Source: Glycera tridactyla
Lineage: Eukaryota
Direction of reading: 5' to 3'
Assembly: GCA_965644265.1 (NCBI GenBank)
Contig: OZ286460.1
Span: 111,352,001 to 111,416,000, forward strand
DNA length: 64,000 nt
Within the stretch, counting starts at the first letter, position 1. Each line of letters starts with the position of its first letter. The notes under the pieces were generated by a model. That model worked only from the letters and a program-made list of their open reading frames with translations. It was not told where the DNA came from and did not search any database. The position numbers were made by a program, and so were the translations under genes. Positions 24,971 through 37,060 of the stretch are shown one piece after another.

Positions 24971-25564
24971 CTGTGGGTAGGGTGGGAGTCCAGGGTCTCT
25001 ATAGATGGCAGCCACCAATGGGCGTGGGACTTTTACTCTGAAGTGTTGCCATCGGGGATGATGTGGCCTAGGTGTAGCATCATCCCTTCTCTTTTTCTCA
25101 ATATCTTTTGGAATGGGGGGTTGAATGGAAAACATACCTTCAAAATTTTCTATCATCTATCTTTAGGCATTTTCTACCAAAATTGCACTATCACCAGATT
25201 TCTTTTTCTTGACCTCTTTCCTATCCCTCTGAGCTATTTCTTATTTCTTCAGTGAAATGGTCTCAGGTGTAGGTAGCTGTGGGTTTGCCTGTAGCAGATA
25301 TTGTCACTATGCAAAACGCGGGTACCAGGCACACCAGTTCTGGGTTACTAGGGCTGCGACTAGGTTCACTAGGTTGTGTGATGGCATTGTACTGCAAGCA
25401 TAGGGCAAGCCATGATTGTAAAGCTGGTTTGAAGTTGACAGTTCGTAATTGAAGACATTGTTTGAGTATTCTCCGAACCTAATGCTTTTCCTTGTTTCAA
25501 GTACTGCGCTTTGCATTAAAAAAAGCATAGCTATCAGGCTTGAGTGTTAGCTTCCAGCCAGTTA

Positions 25565-27267
25565 AGGCGCCTTTACATAGGGCGGGCGAGTGCAGGCGCC
25601 AGCCTGCGACTTCGCGCGATCTTTTTTTCGAGCAAATCCGTGTGAATGCCGCGCGATTCTCACGCGATCTGGGCTGATTTGGCGCCTAGAGGCGGCTTTC
25701 CCGCGCAAACACGCGACGACAGGCGACAACGCGCGACTACGCGCGGATTTATGCTGGCGACTTCGCGCGATTTCGTGCGACTGCGCCCGGCGGTCCCGCG
25801 GTGTTCGCGCGAATTCCCGAGACTGCCCGCGACAACGGGCGACGTTCANNNNNNNNNNNNNNNNNNNNNNNNNNNNNNNNNNNNNNNNNNNNNNNNNNNN
25901 NNNNNNNNNNNNNNNNNNNNNNNNNNNNNNNNNNNNNNNNNNNNNNNNNNNNNNNNNNNNNNNNNNNNNNNNNNNNNNNNNNNNNNNNNNNNNNNNNNNN
26001 NNNNNNNNNNNNNNNNNNNNNNNNNNNNNNNNNNNNNNNNNNNNNNNNNNNNNNNNNNNNNNNNNNNNNNNNNNNNNNNNNNNNNNNNNNNNNNNNNNNN
26101 NNNNNNNNNNNNNNNNNNNNNNNNNNNNNNNNNNNNNNNNNNNNNNNNNNNNNNNNNNNNNNNNNNNNNNNNNNNNNNNNNNNNNNNNNNNNNNNNNNNN
26201 NNNNNCGNNNNNNNNNNNNNNNNNNNNNNNNNNNNNNNNNNNNNNNNNNNNNNNNNNNNNNNNNNNNNNNNNNNNNNNNNNNNNNNNNNNNNNNNNNNNN
26301 NNNNNNNNNNNNNNNNNNNNNNNNNNNNNNNNNNNNNNNNNNNNNNNNNNNNNNNNNNNNNNNNNNNNNNNNNNNNNNNNNNNNNNNNNNNNNNNNNNNN
26401 NNNNNNNNNNNNNNNNNNNNNNNNNNNNNNNNNNNNNNNNNNNNNNNNNNNNNNNNNNNNNNNNNNNNNNNNNNNNNNNNNNNNNNNNNNNNNNNNNNNN
26501 NNNNNNNNNNNNNNNNNNNNNNNNNNNNNNNNNNNNNNNNNNNNNNNNNNNNNNNNNNNNNNNNNNNNNNNNNNNNNNNNNNNNNNNNNNNNNNNNNNNN
26601 NNNNNNNNNNNNNNNNNNNNCTGGCTGGTTGGCTGACTGATGACTGGCTGACTGACTGATGACTGGCTGGCTGGTTGGCTGACTGACTGATGACTGGCTG
26701 GTTGACTGACTGATGACTGGCTGGTTGACTGACTGATNNNNNNNNNNNNNNNNNNNNNNNNNNNNNNNNNNNNNNNNNNNNNNNNNNNNNNNNNNNNNNN
26801 NNNNNNNNNNNNNNNNNNNNNNNNNNNNNNNNNNNNNNNNNNNNNNNNNNNNNNNNNNNNNNNNNNNNNNNNNNNNNNNNNNNNNNNNNNNNNNNNNNNN
26901 NNNNNNNNNNNNNNNNNNNNNNNNNNNNNNNNNNNNNNNNNNNNNNNNNNNNNNNNNNNGACTTTGCGCGACTTCGTGCGACTGTGCGCGGCGGTCCCGC
27001 GGTGTTCGCGCGACTGCCCGTGACTTCTCGCGACTGCTCGCGCCAACTCGCGACTCCGGGCGAATTAATTCCAGTCGCGCGATCGTGCGCGGAAGTTTTG
27101 AACATTTTAAAACTTCCGCGGCGGCCCCGTAGATACAGGCGACGGCTCGAGACTACGTGCGACGACGGGCGACTACGCGCGACCACGCGCGAATTTCTCT
27201 GCGACGACGGGCGGATTTGAGATCGCGCGAAGTCGCGAGTAGTCGCCCGCCCTATGTAAAGGCAGCT
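25565..27267. mobile_element. PIF/Harbinger-like non-autonomous element with TTA TSD, containing a (CTGA/CTGG)n block
   Basis: TTA|AGGCGCCTTTACATAGGGCGGGCGA...TCGCCCGCCCTATGTAAAGGCAGCT|TTA. Subterminal inverted GCGACTTCGCGCGATCT. Very CpG-rich arms. A TWA TSD is the Harbinger signature. Confidence 0.8.
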
Positions 27268-30049
27268 TTACATAGTTAGATATGCCATCTTCAGGTTCAA
27301 TATGTCTTTTTTGTAGAGTTAGAGTTGGTAGGGGTGTGTCTGAACCATCAGCTACTTCCACTTGACAACCCTTCAGGGAGTTCCCCATCATCTTGTGTTC
27401 AGGGTTTGTGAGAGTGATGTCTTCAGGGGAGAGACCATCTAGCTTTCATTGACCAGGAACACACGGCATACATAATCCTGTGGGTTGATACATNNNNNNN
27501 NNNNNNNNNNNNNNNNNNNNNNNNNNNNNNNNNNNNNNNNNNNNNNNNNNNNNNNNNNNNNNNNNNNNNNNNNNNNNNNNNNNNNNNNNNNNNNNNNNNN
27601 NNNNNNNNNNNNNNNNNNNNNNNNNNNNNNNNNNNNNNNNNNNNNNNNNTAGCAGTAATCATTAACATGGTTGAATGTAGAATGTGGTCTCACAGGACAG
27701 GTGGTCTCTTGTTAATGGCATGTTTGACTGACAAATAGTTCATGCCCTCATGGGTGAACTTTTGTGTGTCTGCAAGTCAGTGAATTCCCTCTTTTTGTTG
27801 TTGGTCAACGTAGTTGTGCTCCCTCCTTTCCTTTGCTGATAAATACAGTTTCAAAGAGAGCTGGTTTCATTCATCCAATGAGACTTGACCAGTGACTTGA
27901 AAATCTCAATGAATTTCGAGCACCTCTAACTAGACTCTTCCAGGTGCCCACATACTGATAGAGTCTTTGCCCATGAGCCAAGAAATTCCATCATATTACC
28001 TGATGTATTTATGATAAATGTGATAGAAGCGTTAAATTCTGACCTTTTTGAATGTCAGTGAAATCAGGATAAAAAATATCCAGGTAATTTTTTGCCCACA
28101 TTTCTCCAGATATCACACAAGGGATCCATTTGTGTGAGCTCTGATTTCAGCGTAATGTAAATAGTGGGTGTGTGTGGGGGTGGGCTGGTCGTAGTGGGGT
28201 GTTAATTGTATGGGTGGTGGCAGCCGATGCTGGTGTGCATATGCTCCTGCCAGGCTCATCAACACTCATTAGAATTCACACCTTCATGTTGTGTGAGCAT
28301 TTGACTCATGTTACATTTCTCTCATCTCAATAACCAGGGAAAAAATAGGAAAAAAATTATCTGGGCTGGGATATTTGCTTTCCAACAGTTTGATCTTGAG
28401 GCCCATTCACAGAGTTAGAAATTTTATGAGGGATGGGATTATGTAGTCGCATTTAGTTGTAAATCCCATGTGATGCAGTTATCTTCCATTCTTTTCCATC
28501 TGTGCTGCCACCACCACTACCACCACCAGCCTGCTGGGGGAGGTAGGGAGTCCCGGGTCCATTCAGATGGCAGCTGACAATGAGGGTTGGGTGTTTACTC
28601 TTAATTCATTGCCGTCAGATATTCCTTGATATACTACTAGAAAGTTGTAGCCATTTGTTGAAATCCATTCAAAAGGGTGGAAGAAAGTTCGAAATGGGAT
28701 AATGAAACTCTTGATATTCCCCTTTCATCATGAGTACACTTGGCAGTGTGTAAACACCAAAGGGGCATTATGTTTTCAAATCAACTAGGTGCTTACTAGG
28801 TTTCTGGATAATTACTCAAAAAGTCTTGTATTAAAATTAGAGTGCATAAAGGTCACCACAGTTTCAGGACAATGGCTTATTGGGTGACTTCATAGTTCTG
28901 ATGTTTATCTTATTAGTTTTGTTCATGTATCAACATTTTCTCACCCATTCTTCCTGTGAAAGTTACACACTCTGTGGGGTAATCATATTCACTAAGTACA
29001 TCCAGTTTTATAGATGGTTCAACATCAGTGCTTTGAAAAGTGATGTATTTCATCATATACGAAACCTGTCTTTGGAGACCCCGCTTTTGGGAGACCACCT
29101 TCTTATGGGAGACGGCTCTCTATCGGCTCTTCTCTATTTGACATAGTCAAATATACCTCCAATGAGAGACCACATGTCTTGAGAGTCCACTTTTCATTGG
29201 TGTTTGGGGCGGTCTCCCAAAACGGGTTCTACTGTACATGCACATATCAAATGTACTCACTCGTTTTGCAAGATGCAATCACTCATCCAAGATCTTTGGT
29301 GACTAGTTGTCATCCAAAGGCCTCGGGACCAGTGGTTTTGATATGAGTACTACATGTGTACCCCTACAGATTGTTGCCATGCAATGGAGGGTTTGTCAAC
29401 AACTTCCACTTGACAAGCTTTTCTGTTTCCCATCATCTTACATTCAAACTAGATATAGAACACAGGACATACATAATCCTTAAGGTTGATACATGCGTCA
29501 TTAGACGACGAGCAAACAAACGAAATAAAAACCAGAATTACCTATGGTTATGGAAAAATGTGAGGAGCATCCAGGGCACAATTGTGGATTTTCCCCGATG
29601 ATTCTGTATATCAACCTGGATCATCTGCTGTACTTTCTCCTGCAGTAAAACTGTGCACCTTGGTGTTGTGAGTGGGCAATTCAGTGTGTGGCAGGTGCAG
29701 CTTGATTATTGGCCTCGTAAATGGCTGATAAGCTATTCAATTTCAGTGGCCTTATATAGATTTGTACTTGGTGCGACCATCTGCTCTCAGTCATGATCAT
29801 CCTCAGCCTCTGGTAATCACCAAATTATATAACTAGTAGGCAATGATTTATTCTGCATCATGTATGAACGGCTTCATGGGATTTATCTTAACCTAATTCT
29901 TATCATGATGAATACGAAATTTGTTTACTTTGTAACAATTGCTGAAACAATTTTGACGAGGTTTTGGCTCCGCCCAGGAGTCTTGATCACGTGATGTTAC
30001 ATGCGATCTGGGATGTCATCTCCACTAATTCTCCCCCTAACTGCTGCGC

Positions 30050-30306
30050 TTTGATCAAAAAGAAAATATCTCTCTCAGGCTTGAGTATCAGCTTCCAGCC
30101 AAAATGCATCAGATATATCCATGTTGAGTAGGTAGAGTTGTGTCTTAACTGGCAGCTACTTTCCCAGGTATCCCATCATCTTGTGTTTAGGATTTGTGTA
30201 AATGATGCCTGCTTGGGACAGAACATCTATCTTTCATTGACCAGGAAGATATGTCATACATAATCCTCTGGGTTGATACATGTTGTTGAACCTCGAACAA
30301 ACAAAC
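30050..30306 (+). mobile_element. Dispersed SINE/LINE-3'-like repeat ending in (AAAC)n. Other pieces: 7258-7391, 24084-24150, 25230-25561 plus 27271-27493, 29400-29525, 45955-46097, and 2350-2490 (minus)
   Basis: Shared block CCCATCATCTTGTGTTCAGGGTTTG...CTTTCATTGACCAGGAA...CATACATAATCCT...GGTTGATACAT...AACCTCGAACAAACAAAC, and upstream TCAGGCTTGAGT(A/G)T(C/T)AGCTTCCAGCCA. Confidence 0.7.
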
Positions 30307-31166
30307 TTTATGGGCTTAATATTGCTTCAGTATGGACTCAGTGCCACGCCGATAAGAGACCACCCTGAAAAGACAGCAGAAAATTGCCATACATAAGTTA
30401 TATCAGAAAATTTCAGACAATAGAATAGTCATTGTCATTGTCATATCTTGCCAGAGAAATATTTCATAATATCAAAAAGGGGGGAGATTTTGCATGGTGG
30501 TCATCCTAATTTCTCATCAAAGTCAGAAGTCTCCTGTTGGAGGTTGTTTTCCAGTATGTTGAACAGAAAGAGGTTCTAGAAAGTGGTCATTCAAGACAGG
30601 TGGTCTCATCATGCTTGGTATGAATATGATGCTATATGAAGAGATGTCATAGGTACCTAGTAATGATTTTGTTCATATTGATGCAGATGTTGCTGTGATG
30701 TTCTCCTTCGGGCCAAAGTAGTCCATTATCATGCCAGGTTTTGAGCTGCTGGTGCAGTCCTATGTATGAATACAGTGAAACCTCTCTCGAGAAACCGCCT
30801 CAACTGCCAGGTGGAATTGTGTAGTTAATGGTCATCATTTCCTAGCATCGTCCAAGAGGTGGTTACGCACTGAAAAGTCACACAATAGAGGAAAATGTTG
30901 TTATAATGTTTCCCATAGGAGGCTTCACTGTACTGTATTAATGGGTGAGTTGAGGTCTGCTATTATTACAGTTGTATGTGCTCTCTTCCTATTCTAAGCT
31001 CAATCATATGGCTATTAGTTTCTGGACATGTGTCAGTTACTGATGTATCAGATCACTTGATCATTCTAGCTTGCATACTCTCGCGGAAAATCTGTTTGAT
31101 AATTGATATGTGAGACCTGTGCAATACTTCCAGGAATGTCCCCATATTCACAGAGCAATATTTCAT

Positions 31167-31409
31167 GGATACTGTAGCCTTCACCATGAACTTATTACAA
31201 ACATCCCTGCGTAAACAATCGTCAAATAAATAGATAGATAAATATATGAACAAACAAATGAACAAAGGAATGAATAAACGAAATGTTTGGATACTGTAGC
31301 CTTCACCATGAACTCATTACAAACATCCCTGCGTAAACAATCGTCAAATAAATAGATAGATAAATATATGAACAAACAAATGAACAAAGGAATGAATAAA
31401 CGAAATGTT
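31167..31409. repeat. 122-bp tandem duplication
   Basis: GGATACTGTAGCCTTCACC...AAACGAAATGTT starts at 31167 and 31289 and is nearly identical. Confidence 0.95.
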
Positions 31410-31805
31410 CGCCTCCAGTGATCCAGTAATTTCTACAGGTTGATTCAAATTTCCATGCTCCATTGGATATTTCTGTTATTTTTGTGAGACCTGGTAGAGA
31501 GTCAACTGTGGAGATTGCATGAGGTCTGTTCCATGGTAACTGTACTTATTAACCTGAGATGTGAGGACACCTGCCTGCAGGAGCTGAGTGGGCAGCCCTG
31601 ACCTGGATCTCAGCAGCCATTGTTGTATGCAGTTGTCATGGTGACTGGGGTTAAGGAAGCAATGTCAACACTTTTGAAGGACTTGAACATGCCATCTTTT
31701 ATCTCAACTGTCAGTTACTGATAAATCCAAAGTAATGACATCTTACTGTCTCAGAGTTGGCATCTGTCAATGGCCAGAAGTATTTTAAGAATGTTTCTGT
31801 AAGAT

Positions 31806-32170
31806 GAAGTGATAGGTAGGTTTCTGTGAAATGCAATGACATGCAGTGATAGGTAGGATTCTGTGACATTCAGTGATAGGTAGGTTTCTGTGACATTCAG
31901 TGATAGGTGAGTTTCTGTGACATTCAGTGATAGGTAGGTTTCTGTGACATTCAGTGTGGGTAGGTTTCTGTGACATTCAGTGATAGGTAGGTTTCTGTGA
32001 CATTCATTGATAGGTAGGTTTCTGTGACATTCAGTGATAGGTGGGTTTCTTTGACATTCATCAATTATATAATTTCTGTGACATTCAGTGATAGGTAGGT
32101 TTCTGTGACATTCATTGATAGATAGGTTTCTGTGACAACCAGTGATAGATAGGTTTCTGTGATATTTAGT
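31806..32170. repeat. 27-bp minisatellite, variant A
   Basis: Unit TAGGTTTCTGTGACATTCAGTGATAGG (TECHRNLPI in the minus ORF). Confidence 0.93.
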
Positions 32171-32179
32171 GACATACAG

Positions 32180-32332
32180 CAGGGCGAGAAGAGATAGCCG
32201 CCCACCTGCCCGGGGCAGGAAGATTTTACAGGTGGGCAGGTGGAAAATGACCATAAATGACTTGCATATATAAGTAGGGCAGGTGGATTTTCCAGGGGGG
32301 CAGGTTGATTTTCATGATGTCTTCTCGCCCTG
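32180..32332. mobile_element. 153-bp hAT-like MITE, copy 2, with 6-bp TSD
   Basis: ATACAG|CAGGGCGAGAAGA...TCTTCTCGCCCTG|ATACAG; perfect 13-bp TIR. Confidence 0.9.
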
Positions 32333-33112
32333 ATACAGTGGTAGGTAGGTTTATGTGAAATACATTGGTAGGTAGGTGTCTATGAAATACAGTGGTAGGT
32401 AGGTTTCTGTGAAATACAGTGGTAGGTGGGTGTCTATGAAATACAGTGGTAGGTAGGTTTCTGTGAAATACAGTGGTAGGTGGGTGTCTATGAAATACAG
32501 TGGTAGGTAGGTGTCTGTGAAATACAGTGGTAGGTAGGTTTCTGTGAAATACATTGGTAGGTAGGTGTCTATGAAATACAGTGGTAGGTAGGTTTCTGTG
32601 AAATACAGTGGTAGGTGGGTGTCTATGAAATACAGTGGTAGGTAGGTTTCTGTGAAATACAGTGGTAGGTGGGTGTCTATGAAATACAGTGGTAGGTAGG
32701 TGTCTGTGAAATACAGTGGTAGGTAGGTTTCTGTGAAATACAGTGGTAGGTAGGTTTCTGTGAAATACAGTGGTAGGTAGGTGTCTATGAAATACAGTGG
32801 TAGGTGGGTGTCTATGAAATACAGTGGTAGGTAGGTTTCTGTGAAATACAGTGGTAGGTGGGTGTCTATGAAATACAGTGGTAGGTAGGTGTCTGTGAAA
32901 TACAGTGGTAGGTAGGTTTCTGTGAAATACATTGGTAGGTAGGTTTCTGTGAAATACAGTGGTAGGTAGGTTTCTGTGAAATACAGTGGTAGGTGGGTGT
33001 CTATGAAATACAGTGGTAGGTAGGTTTCTGTGAAATACAGTGGTAGGTAGGTTTCTGTGAAATACAGTGGTAGGTAGGTTTCTGTGAAATACATTGGAAG
33101 GTAGGTTTATGT
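32333..33112. repeat. 27-bp minisatellite, variant B, about 29 copies
   Basis: Unit TAGGTTTCTGTGAAATACAGTGGTAGG, interspersed with a GTGTCTATG variant (TVFHRNLPT / TVFHRHPPT in the minus ORF). Confidence 0.95.
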
Positions 33113-34952
33113 GAGTCCTCCAACTCGACTGGACCTTTGCCTCCAGCACCAGTCTCTACAACCAAAAATATTTGATCCAGACCTCTGGCAGAAGTTGCCC
33201 ATTTTCTTTTTACCCAGGGGGCAGGTTTGAGCAGAGCCCTGGCACCCTTGTCCGCGTCAGTGCCCCGGGTGTTGTTCAGGGTGAACTAACACAAGGGGAG
33301 GATTTTCAGGGTGTTATTTGTTCATTTGCTCACAAAACAGTTTCATTAATTTTTTTACTGATCCCTGGCTTATCTTGCTCTGAACCTTTCTCCCTGGAGA
33401 TGTGGAAGTTTTTTCTCAGTGATTCAGATATTTGAGCTCCAAACACTGACCCATCCACTCATCCGTATCTGTGCGCCTCTCCAGGTTTGATTCATGCCTA
33501 TGAATTGTGTCATCAACTCCCAAACCTCCAGCCTTCTTGTTGCATTCGAATTGGATGAAAATCAGGGACTAAGAATGTTAAAGCATATTCAGTGTTGCAT
33601 TAGGTGCCATCGGTTCTTTTGGATTTGCTGGGGAGGCTTGATCATTTTCAGTAGATTTGTCTAAACAAAATTTTAGGAGTTCTGTATTCTCTTNNNNNNN
33701 NNNNNNNNNNNNNNNNNNNNNNNNNNNNNNNNNNNNNNNNNNNNNNNNNNNNNNNNNNNNNNNNNNNNNNNNNNNNNNNNNNNNNNNNNNNNNNNNNNNN
33801 NNNNNNNNNNNNNNNNNNNNNNNNNNNNNNNNNNNNNNNNNNNNNNNNNNNNNNNNNNNNNNNNNNNNNNNNNNNNNNNNNNNNNNNNNNNNNNNNNNNN
33901 NNNNNNNNNNNNNNNNNNNNNNNNNNNNNNNNNNNNNNNNNNNNNNNNNNNNNNNNNNNNNNNNNNATATTGTGTAAACTTATCGGCAAAATGCAAGGTA
34001 GGGGTTTCTCAAAATTACATACCCCTAAAGATAAGATGTACCTTGCAGCCCAATCAAGATAGAGAGAGTCACTACTTTATCTCCAGAATGTTCATTTGAT
34101 GGACAGCCACATGCCAGACTTGGTACTCCTGGATATTGCATGATAATACTTGATGGCCACACAAGCTAATGAACGTTTGTCCCAAATATTGATGGTGCAT
34201 CAAATAGAATGGACCTTTTCATCTAGGTCATCAACAAATAAAGGTCAGTTGGAACGATCAATATATGCAGTTACTTTTTCATGTTCTCCACCTCTATTTC
34301 AAATAAAGGTAGATTTTTTTATGCTTTCATGGACAATGTGTGCCATTCTGAATTTGATTCAGGGAAGTGCATTGAGTTTTCATGACATAATAATATATGA
34401 CTCGGTAATTTCAGTGGACAGAAGAAGCTGTAGAGAATATCATATGAAGCTAGATGTTCCATTTCAAGAATTTATTGTGAATTCATTCCTTTTTTTGTGA
34501 TCAATTGAACAAAGAAGGAAAATTACAGATAATGAGTTTGGTTATGAAAGTGTCATGAAGAATGATTGCAAATGTAAACTATTGACAACAATTTTCCTTG
34601 TCAATTAATCAGAGTGAATTGATTTTTCCTGTGTATTTTGTGTGCTTTTTGTGTTGCATGTGATTTGATATTCGTTCACAGGATATTAATGTTACATTGT
34701 GCTTGAGCACAGTTGATGTAAGAGGGATCTGCTTCCACACACAACTTTCTCATACATATCTTTTTGTTATATTGCTAAAGATGAGCAGTGGAAAAATTCA
34801 CCAAATCATGATCAAATCCCAGAAGACCTCTGAGTTTGTCTTTAATGTGAGGCACATCAAGACTGAATGTATGTGATCATCCTGGAGCAATCAGTTGGCG
34901 TTAACAAATTGAATATTGTTGTCAACTAGATTTAGCCTGTATTAGCCTGTAT

Positions 34953-34997
34953 TTTTACCTCTTCTCAACGAAGTTGAGGGGACGTATTGCGGTCACT

Positions 34998-35029
<32 letters not shown>

Positions 35030-37060
35030 CTCATCTGCGTTGAGGTCAGCGTTAAGGTCATGTTGAAGTCCCTTTGCTCAGCAACTAGAGGGCCTAGCTC
35101 CATATAATTGGGCACACATATACTTCAGTACATTTGCTATTGAATCCAGCCATCATCAAGGTGCCATCTCAATGTTCTGCTTGATTAATTTTGGGTTGAA
35201 ACTTGTGTTTTCTGAAATGATGGGACTCTGTCATTGGGGGCAATGTTGAAGTCATGTTAAAGTCACATTGCTCAGCAACTAGAGTGCCCAGCTCCATGGA
35301 ATTTGGCATGCATATACTTCAGTACATCTACTAATGAATCCAGCCATCATCAAGGTAGCATCCCAGTGTTCTGCTTGATTAATTCTGGGATGAAAATTGG
35401 GTTTTTTGAAGTGATGGGACTTAGCCATCTATGAGCTATTTCTGATGATCCGATTCATTCATGTTCAGTTTGCAGTTGATTCGCCACATGTGTCTTTATC
35501 CACTGTGATTTTATATTGCCCATGAAAGACTGATATGTGCGAGATGGTGATTTTGGGGCAAAAAAGCACTTTTTTGAAATGAATGAACTTGGTCATTTCT
35601 GGTGAGATTTTCAGTACCCAGCCACCCCAAACTTGATACAGAGGGACCTCATAGCATTCCTTAATGAATGCAAGTCATGGATGGGGTCTCCCAAGAGGCC
35701 TGGTTCGTTTTGGGGTGAAAATTTGTTTTTCAGAAATGGATTTATTTAAAGATGTTGGCCGTCCGTAGCCACACCAAACTTGGCATAGATGCAGTTCATA
35801 GCATTCCCTAATGAATGCTAGTCATAGATGGGGTCTCCCAACAGGCCTGGTTGGTTTTGGGGTGAAAATTTGTTTTTCAGTAATGGATTTTTCTAAAGAA
35901 GGTGGCTGTCCATAGACAGTTCAAACCTGGCATGGATGCAGTTCATAGCATTCCTTGATGAATGCTAGCCATAGATAGAGTCTCCTAACAGGCCTGGTTG
36001 GTTTTGGGGTGAAAATTGTTTTTTCAGAAATGGATTTTTCTAAAGAAGGTGGCTGTCCACTTGACACACCATACTTGGTACAGATGTACTTAATAGCATT
36101 CCCTAATGAATGCTAGCCATAGATAGGGTCTCCCATTAGGCCTGGTTGGTTTTGGGGTGAAAATTGGTTTTTCAGAAATGGATTTTCCTAAAGATGTTTG
36201 CTGTCTGTAGCTGCAGCAAACTTAGCATGGATGTAGTTCATAGCATTCCCGAATGAATGTTAGCCATTGATGGGGTCTCCTAGCAGGCCTGGTTGGTTTT
36301 TGGGGGAAAATTGTTTTTTCAGAAATGGACTTTTCTAAAGAAGGTGGCTGGCCATAGCCACACCATACTTGGTACAGATGTACTTGATAGCATTCCCTAA
36401 TGAATGCTAGCCATAGATGGGGGGTCTCCCATTAGGCCTGGTGGGTTTTGGGGTGAAAATTGGTTTTTCAGAAACGAATTTTTCTAAAGAAGGTGGCTGT
36501 CCATAGACACACCATACTTGATACAGATGTTTGTAATAGCATTCCCTGATGAATTCAAGCCATAGATGGGGTCTCCCATCAGGCCTGGTTGGTTTTGGGG
36601 TGAAAATTGTTTTTTCAGAAATTGATTTCTCTAAAGGAAGTGGCTGTCCATAGCCACACAATACTTGGTACAGATGTACTTAATAGCATTCCCTAATGAA
36701 TGCCAGCCATAGATGGGGTCTCCCAACAGGACTGGTTGCTTTTGGGGTGAAAATTGGTTTTTCAGAAATGAATTTTTCTAAAGATTCCCGAAAGAATGCC
36801 AGCCAAGGATCAGGGTTCCTGACAATGCTGATCGACTTTTGGGACAAAAGTGGATTTTCAGAAATGGATTTTTCCTAAATATTGTCGCTGCCCCTAGCCA
36901 CACACTAAACTTGACACAGATGCCTTTCATAGCATTCCTTCACATATGCCTGCAATGGATGGGGACCGATGACAATCTTGCTTGATTTTGGGGACAAAAA
37001 TGTAAATGTGAACCAGACGTGACTTCTGATGAGCATCAGCTGATAGATCCAACCTTTGTT
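34953..37060 (+). mobile_element. Helentron-associated (HINE/DINE-1/pearl-like) non-autonomous element with internal tandem arrays
   Basis: T-rich start, 5' hairpin CTCAAC-GAA-GTTGAG (34964-34978), (GGCGTC)5 at 35000-35029, two ~194-bp units (35057, 35251), a ~147-bp array, and 3' hairpin CTGATG-AG-CATCAG (37026-37039) before ...CTTTGTT. This layout matches known HINE-type elements. Confidence 0.65.
35575..36900. repeat. 147-148 bp tandem array, about 9 units
   Basis: Marker TGGGG(T/G)GAAA recurs at 35711, 35858, 36005, 36153, 36301, 36449, 36596 and 36743. Confidence 0.93.

Noticed and set aside
25562-27186. 279-494 aa ORFs across the Harbinger-like element
   Set aside because: Mostly X from N-runs plus GC-rich stop-poor arms; no Harbinger transposase or Myb motifs.
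32226-33149. 307-aa and 247-aa ORFs with 9-aa periodicity
   Set aside because: A 27-bp unit without stops keeps two frames open. There are no unique domains or splice context, and the ORF starts run through a MITE.
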